64,000 nucleotides of DNA from an uncultured Bacteroidia bacterium (GTDB taxonomy: Bacteria; Bacteroidota; Bacteroidia; Bacteroidales; F082), in contig CADBZW010000020.1 of assembly GCA_902799345.1 (NCBI GenBank), positions 50,603 to 114,602 on the forward strand. The letters are read 5' to 3'. The notes below the pieces were generated by a model. The model searched no databases, was not told the DNA's origin, and was given only the letters and a program-made list of their open reading frames with translations. The translations under genes and the position numbers were made by a program. Position 1 is the first letter of the stretch; each line of letters opens with the position of its first letter. This document shows, one piece after another, positions 1 to 5,799 of the stretch.

Positions 1-2
1 GC

Positions 3-308
3 GTGTGGGCTGGTGCCGATGCCATCGGAATCGGCCTCGTCGACCAACTTGGCGACATGGAAGACGCCATCGCCTATGCAGCCGAAAAAGCCAACCTTGG
101 CAGCGACTTCAAAGTGACCGAATGGCCCAAGCAGAAGGACTTCTTCACCCGCATCATGGAGTCGATGAACGACAACAGCACAGACAAACTCGACGCCGCC
201 ATGAAGCAGAAGCTCGGTGCCTACTACAACTACATCCAAGGCTTAGAGAACCTACAAAAGAACACGGGCATCCAAGCCAGAATGCCTTTTGACATGGTTA
301 TCGAATAA
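3..308 (+). CDS. sppA: Signal peptide peptidase SppA, C-terminal fragment (gene continues upstream of the window)
   Basis: The frame is open from the window edge. The tail ...GADAIGIGLVDQLGDMEDAIAYAAEKANLG...WPKQKDFF... resembles the C-terminal end of Bacteroidales 67K-type SppA. A hairpin terminator follows. Confidence 0.7.
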   Translation: MWAGADAIGIGLVDQLGDMEDAIAYAAEKANLGSDFKVTEWPKQKDFFTRIMESMNDNSTDKLDAAMKQKLGAYYNYIQGLENLQKNTGIQARMPFDMVIE

Positions 309-328
309 TCGTTGTGATTCCGACCAAC

Positions 329-366
329 AAAAATGCGGAGCGGCATCGTGTCGTTCCGCATTTTTA
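329..366. terminator. Bidirectional rho-independent terminator hairpin
   Basis: AAAAATGCGGA (329-339) pairs with TCCGCATTTTT (355-365). The A-run and T-run flank the stem, between convergent sppA and the minus-strand operon. Confidence 0.6.
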
Positions 367-383
367 TTGGTATTTTCGCGGTT

Positions 384-428
384 CACAAGTTTGTGGACCA
401 CAAGATTGTGGACCACAACTTTGTGAAC
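384..428. repeat. Three tandem 15-bp units, each with an internal palindrome CACAA-N2-TTGTG
   Basis: The units are CACAAGTTTGTGGAC / CACAAGATTGTGGAC / CACAACTTTGTGAAC. The whole 381-430 stretch (GGTT...AACC) is also a near-palindrome. Confidence 0.9.
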
Positions 429-438
429 CGATTTTTGG

Positions 439-627
439 CTATTTCACCACCTGCTTCCACCCCACCCAAAAGACGACCCTTTTGCCGCAGCAGGGGCAAC
501 GTTTTACGACAAATAGCCGCGTTTTGGCTGGCGCGGGATCTGTCATCGTGCCCTCTGGCAGGGTGAATAGCTTGATTTCGGTTTGGCAGCGGGGGCAGGT
601 GCGAATAAGTATCGAATTATCATTCAT
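439..627 (-). CDS. Small zinc-ribbon protein (62 aa), possible immunity or partner protein of the upstream nuclease
   Basis: Two Cys knuckles are present (CPRC ... CPCC). Its ATG overlaps the TGA of the LHH nuclease gene (ATGA), indicating translational coupling. Confidence 0.55.
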   Translation of the reverse strand: MNDNSILIRTCPRCQTEIKLFTLPEGTMTDPAPAKTRLFVVKRCPCCGKRVVFWVGWKQVVK

Positions 628-1136
628 TTACCATAGATTTTTCTCAGTTCTGTTGGCGTAAAAGCCTTGAAACGAGCCTTCCAATAGTCTGATTTCTCAC
701 GGTCGAACATTTGACGGTCGATTTCCGACTCTTTTCCGGCCTGATGCAGAATGGTGTTATTGCCGTCACCCATGTGCTCGGCCCAAGTAAGTTCGGCGAA
801 AGGCGAATCTTGATGTTGACCGATATGATGTAGTTCGTATGGATCGCCATTCATATCGCGGGGCGGAAAGCCTTCGCCTATCAAGTCGGCGTTGTTATAG
901 TCCACCCACTTGCTGTAATCGGCCAATTTGTTTTTCAGCCAAGTGTTACGTCGCACGCTGTAATCACTCCAATTAATGTCGGAGCGGATTAACGCCCAAC
1001 GATTGCCGATACGAGCGGCTTTCAGTCCAGCCTTCATGTAAATCTCAGCCTCCTCCATTGATGCGATGGCGTTGATGATTTCGTCGGGCCAGTGGGTAAG
1101 ACGATTGAGTTGTTGTTTTTCTAAGGCGTTCATCAT
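624..1136 (-). CDS. HNH/EndoVII-fold nuclease toxin domain protein, LHH-type (170 aa, stand-alone)
   Basis: The motif ...DMNGDPYELHHIGQHQDSPFAELTWAEHMGDGNNTILHQ... fits the LHH family of polymorphic-toxin nucleases (LHH, acidic residue, downstream His). No N-terminal trafficking domain is present. Confidence 0.7.
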   Translation of the reverse strand: MMNALEKQQLNRLTHWPDEIINAIASMEEAEIYMKAGLKAARIGNRWALIRSDINWSDYSVRRNTWLKNKLADYSKWVDYNNADLIGEGFPPRDMNGDPYELHHIGQHQDSPFAELTWAEHMGDGNNTILHQAGKESEIDRQMFDREKSDYWKARFKAFTPTELRKIYGK

Positions 1137-1331
1137 TGGTTATATACAACTTGCTTGAAGCCCGTCCAAAAGACGACCCTCAATTCGGGCAACGGACAAT
1201 GGCAAACGGCAGTATCTGCGGAAGCGGACATGGGTCGGTGACTTTGTGGTTACAGTGACCACCATTTCTAGCGACAAAGCTAGGCCGTTGATGCGCATCA
1301 GGCGCTTTGGGGTGATACGCAATACTTGCAT
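1133..1331 (-). pseudogene. Decayed, frame-split paralogue of the 439-627 zinc-ribbon gene
   Basis: The 63-aa frame (1140-1331) weakly parallels the N-terminal half of the Zn-ribbon protein but has lost its cysteines. A 32-aa frame (1133-1231) ends CHCPLPELRVVFWTGFKQVVYNQ, compared with CPCCGKRVVFWVGWKQVVK in the intact copy. A 15-nt exact DNA match links 1166-1180 and 466-480. The 32-aa frame stop overlaps the LHH ATG (ATGA). Confidence 0.45.
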
Positions 1332-1333
1332 GA

Positions 1334-2620
1334 TTACTGTTTATTTTCTTCATTTAAACTATTTTCGGATCCCGTACCATTTAACTCATTTTCCACTCTA
1401 GCCTCTTCATTCTTTTCGTGTAACTTTTTTAGAATTTTATCCTTCAAAATCTTCTCTTCTTGTTCTTTTAACCGTTTCATCTCCTCTTTCTTCTTTTCAA
1501 ACGCATCAAACAAATCTTGTGCCTCAAAATAAATAGAATCAGAGGCCAACGAAGCTTTTGACAACAGCATATCCAAAATAGCATTTTTAATTTCTCTTCC
1601 CGAAAAACCTTCAATCATGGCACTTGCATAATCAACGTCTTCGTCTGTAATTTCTTTAGATAAAGGTAATCTTGCAGGAAGCATTTTTCTGATTATTGCA
1701 GCCCGTGCTTCTTTATTTGGTAGTTCAAATCGAATATGTTTCAAAATTCGCGATTCAAAAGCTCTATCGAAATTTGTAACCAAATTAGTAGCAAACAAAA
1801 CCACGCCTGAGTATTGTTCAAGTTGAATAAGCATTTGGCTCCTGAGGGAATTTAATGCCTGCTCGGATCCTTGAGTTACGTTTTGGATACGTTTTCCAAG
1901 AAAAGAATCTGCTTCATCAAAAAACAATACTGAATCTGTTTTCTCTCCAATTTCAAATGCCTTTTGTAAATTTTTCGGGGCTTCACCAACATATTTGGAT
2001 TCTATCTCAGAATAGTTTAACAGCAGTATTTTCTTACCTAAATAATTAGCAACAGCATGTGCACACATCGTTTTTCCTGTTCCTGGCTCTCCATAGAAAT
2101 TCAATATGCTTCTTGGTATTGGGTCTATTTCCCCAAAGCCCCATTTGTTATATACCAGTTCCTTACATTGAATGACTTTCAACGCATTCATCAACTCCTC
2201 CCTTACTAAGTCGGGCAAAATAATCTGATTAAAATTGTACCTTGGATTTATTGGAATGAGATCCAGTACATCTTCTTTCTTTTTCGTTTCCACAACTTCT
2301 TTCTGTTTAAAGTTTAATTTGATAATCAAAGTGTGCTTCTTCAAGCAGAATTCCAATTCTTCTTTTCGTTTCTTAAGATAATCCTGGAATAATGACACAA
2401 AAGGGAAGCTTCCCTCCAAAGAGAAGGAAGCATTGTGTTCCAGTAGAAAACTGTCCTTGTTTTTCTGATGCAATTCAAAAGCACAAGCGACCTTGATAGG
2501 CCATTCTTTTTTTCTTCTCAATGTGTCTGTTACAAAACAGTTTACATCAGTTTCCAATTGATTTACATAGACAATCTCTGTTGGTTCAACAGATGAAGGA
2601 AAGGCAACAATATTAACCAT
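1334..2620 (-). CDS. Classical-clade AAA+ ATPase (428 aa) with a unique N-terminal domain and a K/E-rich coiled C-terminal tail
   Basis: Walker A is GEPGTGKT and Walker B is VLFFDEAD. The SRH-like segment is ATNLVTNFDRAFESRI, followed by the lid region GFSGREIKN. The gene is very AT-rich. Confidence 0.9.
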   Translation of the reverse strand: MVNIVAFPSSVEPTEIVYVNQLETDVNCFVTDTLRRKKEWPIKVACAFELHQKNKDSFLLEHNASFSLEGSFPFVSLFQDYLKKRKEELEFCLKKHTLIIKLNFKQKEVVETKKKEDVLDLIPINPRYNFNQIILPDLVREELMNALKVIQCKELVYNKWGFGEIDPIPRSILNFYGEPGTGKTMCAHAVANYLGKKILLLNYSEIESKYVGEAPKNLQKAFEIGEKTDSVLFFDEADSFLGKRIQNVTQGSEQALNSLRSQMLIQLEQYSGVVLFATNLVTNFDRAFESRILKHIRFELPNKEARAAIIRKMLPARLPLSKEITDEDVDYASAMIEGFSGREIKNAILDMLLSKASLASDSIYFEAQDLFDAFEKKKEEMKRLKEQEEKILKDKILKKLHEKNEEARVENELNGTGSENSLNEENKQ

Positions 2621-2907
2621 TATAAATAAATTACTTGTCCAACATATAGTTCATCTGACACGCCATCGTCTGAAGTTACTTCGAGATCTTTAATTTTATC
2701 ATTCTCTTCGTCAAAAATCCCGACATTCACTTTCTTGGTACTTTTATCGTTAATTATCATTTTAATCGCATTAGCGAACTCTTTCTTTATGGCTTCTTTT
2801 AATCTTCTTTCATTGATTTTCCTATGAATAACCATACCTCCAGCAACAGAAGCTGTTATGACTGCAGCTCCTCCAAAAATGCATAGAATTATTTTCAACC
2901 AATCCAT
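2620..2907 (-). CDS. Small membrane-anchored protein, paralogue 4 of the tandem family
   Basis: The ATG at 2907 gives MDWLKIILCIFGGAAVITASVAGGMVI (TM helix). The tracked ORF extends to a TTG at 2964. The C-terminal NVGIFDEENDK...DELYVGQVIYL resembles the shared module of the three upstream genes. The stop overlaps the AAA+ start (TAATG). Confidence 0.6.
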   Translation of the reverse strand: MDWLKIILCIFGGAAVITASVAGGMVIHRKINERRLKEAIKKEFANAIKMIINDKSTKKVNVGIFDEENDKIKDLEVTSDDGVSDELYVGQVIYL

Positions 2908-2960
2908 AATATAAGCAATAAAAGCAGGGGATACTTCATTGATGCATCCCCTGCCAATTC

Positions 2961-3332
2961 TCAACTTAGAACAACAAGCGTCTCATTCCCAAGCACTTCG
3001 GTGAGTTCTTCATCAAAGCCATCAGCATATACAATCTTCATAGGATTAAGTGAATCTTTATCATTATTGTATACACCAAGAATTAGAACCTTTGACTTGT
3101 TTGATTTAATATTCATAACTTTTAGTTTCTCTTCTCCTGGTAAAGCCAAGAAAGGAATTTGTTTACCTTTAACCATAGAAAGTGTTTTGAAATAGGCAAC
3201 CACGTCTTCTAATTTCAAATCACCTTCAACAGTTTCTTCAAGAAGAGGTTCTTTTCTTTTGCACACTGCGTATACAAAAGCTCCAACTGCAATAATGCCT
3301 AAACCTATTGCGACACCAACTATTGTTTTCAT
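2961..3332 (-). CDS. Small membrane-anchored protein, paralogue 3 (123 aa)
   Basis: The N-terminal TM helix is MKTIVGVAIGLGIIAVGAFVYAV. The segment VVAYFKTLSMVKGKQIPFLA and the C-terminal EELTEVLGNETLVVLS nearly match the 3339-3686 product. Confidence 0.7.
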   Translation of the reverse strand: MKTIVGVAIGLGIIAVGAFVYAVCKRKEPLLEETVEGDLKLEDVVAYFKTLSMVKGKQIPFLALPGEEKLKVMNIKSNKSKVLILGVYNNDKDSLNPMKIVYADGFDEELTEVLGNETLVVLS

Positions 3333-3338
3333 TATTTC

Positions 3339-3686
3339 TTAACTTAAAACCACTAGTTTTTCATTGCCCAAAACCTCTTGGGTCTCTTCATCAATTTCAT
3401 CGGCAGCCAAATAACGTGCATTCTCAATCTCATCGGTTTGCTGATTATAGGTGGCTTCAAAAATACCCACATTTTTCACGGGAGCATTTTTAATCAAATC
3501 CTTCAACTGTTCCGTATTGGCAATAAACGGAATGTCTCGATTACGAACCAGGCTTAGGGTCTTGAAATAATTAACTATTTCCTGAACAAAGCTTATAATT
3601 CCTTGAATTATCTTTTGAACAAATTCTTTTAATGCGATGAAGAAATTCCTCAAAGCATCCATTATGACATTAACAAACTTTCCCAT
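3339..3686 (-). CDS. Small protein with amphipathic or hydrophobic N-terminal helix, paralogue 2 (115 aa)
   Basis: Contains IVNYFKTLSLVRNRDIPFIA and the C-terminal EETQEVLGNEKLVVLS. There is a 7-nt gap to the next gene. Confidence 0.7.
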   Translation of the reverse strand: MGKFVNVIMDALRNFFIALKEFVQKIIQGIISFVQEIVNYFKTLSLVRNRDIPFIANTEQLKDLIKNAPVKNVGIFEATYNQQTDEIENARYLAADEIDEETQEVLGNEKLVVLS

Positions 3687-3693
3687 GTCTTTC

Positions 3694-4125
3694 TCAATTT
3701 AAAATTACTAAATCCAGATCACCAAACAATTCTTTGGTATCATCAGCCAAACTTTTAGCCTCTACAACTACGTAATGATTTGTTTCTTCGGGTAACAAAT
3801 CGCGATCCTTTACATAAGCCAAAAAGACAAATACCGATTCATCTTTGGGTTTTCTTATGGCAACAACACCATCACTACCTGCAACCATATGATTCTTAGA
3901 AAATTCGACAAGGTTACTTACCGATAGAACATCAACCTTTTCAAAAGACACATCCAATCTAGCAACATCGATAAAATCTTGCGCATTATCTTTAATCTGG
4001 CTAATTATGCCCCCATCGTCAAACAGTTTTGTTCTTGCTCTTTCCCATATTTGACGAATTACGGGAAGAGCTTTTTCAACGAACCATTTTTTTAGCTCGT
4101 TCAAATTCAAATCCATCGTGTTCAT
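3694..4125 (-). CDS. Small soluble protein, divergent paralogue 1 (143 aa)
   Basis: The C-terminal ...VFVFLAYVKDRD...HYVVVEAKSLADDTKELFGDLDLVILN follows the same strand-turn-strand-acidic-LG-LV(V/I)L(S/N) pattern as the three downstream genes. Confidence 0.65.
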   Translation of the reverse strand: MNTMDLNLNELKKWFVEKALPVIRQIWERARTKLFDDGGIISQIKDNAQDFIDVARLDVSFEKVDVLSVSNLVEFSKNHMVAGSDGVVAIRKPKDESVFVFLAYVKDRDLLPEETNHYVVVEAKSLADDTKELFGDLDLVILN

Positions 4126-4151
4126 TTTCGATTTTTGAATTAATTAACAGC

Positions 4152-4439
4152 CTACTCTCCAAGTTTTTCGGCATCCCCTATCACTTTTGCAAGCACACAA
4201 AAAGAGCGTAGCCCGACTTTTATATTCCGAAAGAAAGGCTCTGGTAAACCGTATAGAAGAATCATAAAAGCAGTCCACGCCCATATAGGGCGGAACGCCA
4301 GAACGATTGCTCCTCTATTGTTGAAATTTACCAGATTTCTTCTTTTCAGAGCAAAACGTCTTTCAACGTTCTCAATGTCTGTCGCCGTAGCAACGCTGCA
4401 AATATACAATTTTTTCATATACTCGCACAACTCAGACAT
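4152..4439 (-). CDS. Small membrane protein (95 aa)
   Basis: ATG start. The central hydrophobic stretch is GAIVLAFRPIWAWTAFMILLYGL. The gene sits in the operon with gaps of 26-37 nt. Confidence 0.5.
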   Translation of the reverse strand: MSELCEYMKKLYICSVATATDIENVERRFALKRRNLVNFNNRGAIVLAFRPIWAWTAFMILLYGLPEPFFRNIKVGLRSFCVLAKVIGDAEKLGE

Positions 4440-4476
4440 TTTTTCTGCGGACTGCTTTCTCTCGCTTCGTTTTGGC

Positions 4477-4737
4477 TTAGGAGCCTTTCAAGTTCTTGGC
4501 ATAATAATGCTTGAATATCGGCTTGCAAATCTTTTTGTGAACAATCACATAAAGGATTACGCCGACAACGGTGCCGATGATTTTTATGATGATAACGTTA
4601 TCAAAGAATATGAATAAGGGCACCAACACAACCAATGCAGGCAATGCCGCCAAAACCATTGCCACCTTGTCGGCAGAACCTGCCTTGGTCCTCAGGTAAG
4701 CCTTGCGCCGTTGCGCAATTGTATATGCGTTCCCCAT
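4477..4737 (-). CDS. Small two-TM membrane protein (~86 aa)
   Basis: The hydrophobic stretches are VAMVLAALPALVVLVPLFIFF and IIGTVVGVILYVIV. The ATG at 4737 overlaps the TGA of the upstream gene (TGATG). Confidence 0.55.
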   Translation of the reverse strand: MGNAYTIAQRRKAYLRTKAGSADKVAMVLAALPALVVLVPLFIFFDNVIIIKIIGTVVGVILYVIVHKKICKPIFKHYYAKNLKGS

Positions 4738-5270
4738 CACACCATGGCTTTAAACAACGTCTCTAGATTCTCCACCAACTTGTCGTCGAAAGTGATTCCC
4801 CTGCCCAAGACCAACGACCCAACCACATTGCCGTTGAGAGACAAACGATGTCCCAAATAGGTGGTCCCTTCAAATACGATATCGCCTAAGCTGATTTCGT
4901 TGAGGTCGCTCAAAGCCACCTTGCCTCTTTTTTTGCCGGAAGCCAACATGGTGATTCCCCGAAAAAGGAAAGTGATTTTCATGCATTGGTAATACACGTT
5001 GCGGTCGGTCACCAACAAGCCCGTCAGCCTTCCCCATATCGCCACTTTCACGTCTACCATGAACAGGGGCTTCTCGCCGGGTTCTAGGCTCACATACTTC
5101 GCGTGCTGCTGAAGTTTCTCGTTAGTGATTTGGTCAGCCTCCAACAAAAGCGGGCTGATGACCTGGTTGCGACTCATTTTTTCAAATGTCGCTTTGATAA
5201 TTTCCGAATAGTCTTTCATTGTGATATGTTTCTGGTTATCTGATAGTTTTCCTTTTTTCACCAATCCCAC
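4737..5270 (-). CDS. Hypothetical protein with bacterial PH/GRAM-like features (177 aa from GTG 5270; 160 aa from ATG 5219)
   Basis: The pattern ...GLLVTDRNVYYQ...KVALSDLNEISLGD...LSLNGNVVGSL... resembles bacterial PH-like domains. The assignment is by eye only. Confidence 0.5.
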   Translation of the reverse strand: MGLVKKGKLSDNQKHITMKDYSEIIKATFEKMSRNQVISPLLLEADQITNEKLQQHAKYVSLEPGEKPLFMVDVKVAIWGRLTGLLVTDRNVYYQCMKITFLFRGITMLASGKKRGKVALSDLNEISLGDIVFEGTTYLGHRLSLNGNVVGSLVLGRGITFDDKLVENLETLFKAMV

Positions 5271-5671
5271 GAATCAATTTCCTGGCCTATTTCCACCATT
5301 TCCTTTGCCATCGACAGTATGTCGTACTCATCCTCGCCGTAAGCACTCTTGTAGTACTTACGTGCCGCTTGTGGATTTTTCATGGTTTCGTCAAATACCG
5401 CCACGAACTTGTAGCCGATTTCATCATCACCCAACTCGCTATAAACAGCATAATACAACACTGCGAGGTCGCATTTTTGCTCCAAACTCATCTGAGAGAA
5501 ACTGTTGCTCAGCAAATTGTCGCTAATTTTCAATGCCCTTTCATGATTATCATCATAAATACATTCGGCAGCCTCGTGGATTTTCTTGTCGATCGGGTCA
5601 ACTTCGCAGGCACACACGCTGAATAAAAGCGCCATCGCCATCAGGAATTTTGTCAGTTTTTTCATCGTCAT
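5258..5671 (-). CDS. Lipoprotein (start refined to MTMKKLTKFLMAMALLFSVCAC)
   Basis: A signal peptide is followed by a lipobox Cys. It is the first gene after a CAAAagTA (-7 box, minus orientation) at 5697-5704. Confidence 0.65.
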   Translation of the reverse strand: MTMKKLTKFLMAMALLFSVCACEVDPIDKKIHEAAECIYDDNHERALKISDNLLSNSFSQMSLEQKCDLAVLYYAVYSELGDDEIGYKFVAVFDETMKNPQAARKYYKSAYGEDEYDILSMAKEMVEIGQEIDSWDW

Positions 5672-5696
5672 GGATTTTAATTGTGTTTTGTATGCA

Positions 5697-5704
5697 CAAA
5701 AGTA
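5697..5704 (-). promoter_or_regulatory. Bacteroidota -7 promoter box (TAnnTTTG on the minus strand) for the lipoprotein to AAA+ operon
   Basis: The plus strand reads CAAAAGTA, 26 nt upstream of the ATG at 5671. Confidence 0.4.
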
Positions 5705-5799
5705 CGCAAGTTTCAATCCCGACTTTTTTCGGAAGAGAAAAGCCAATTAAAACCTTTGAAAAACAACGTTTTATAATCGTAAGAAATCGTAAAGTGGGC

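Noticed and set aside
314-661. 115-aa and 77-aa + strand ORFs across the sppA-nuclease intergenic region.
   Set aside because: They span a terminator hairpin, the 15-bp tandem repeats and the antisense of the Zn-ribbon gene. The translation is low-complexity junk.
1140-1331. The 63-aa ORF as an independent functional gene.
   Set aside because: Its C-terminal part overlaps, in another frame, a better-conserved match to the Zn-ribbon protein tail. The cysteines of the homologous N-terminal part are lost. It is treated as a decayed duplicate, although translation of one of the frames cannot be excluded.
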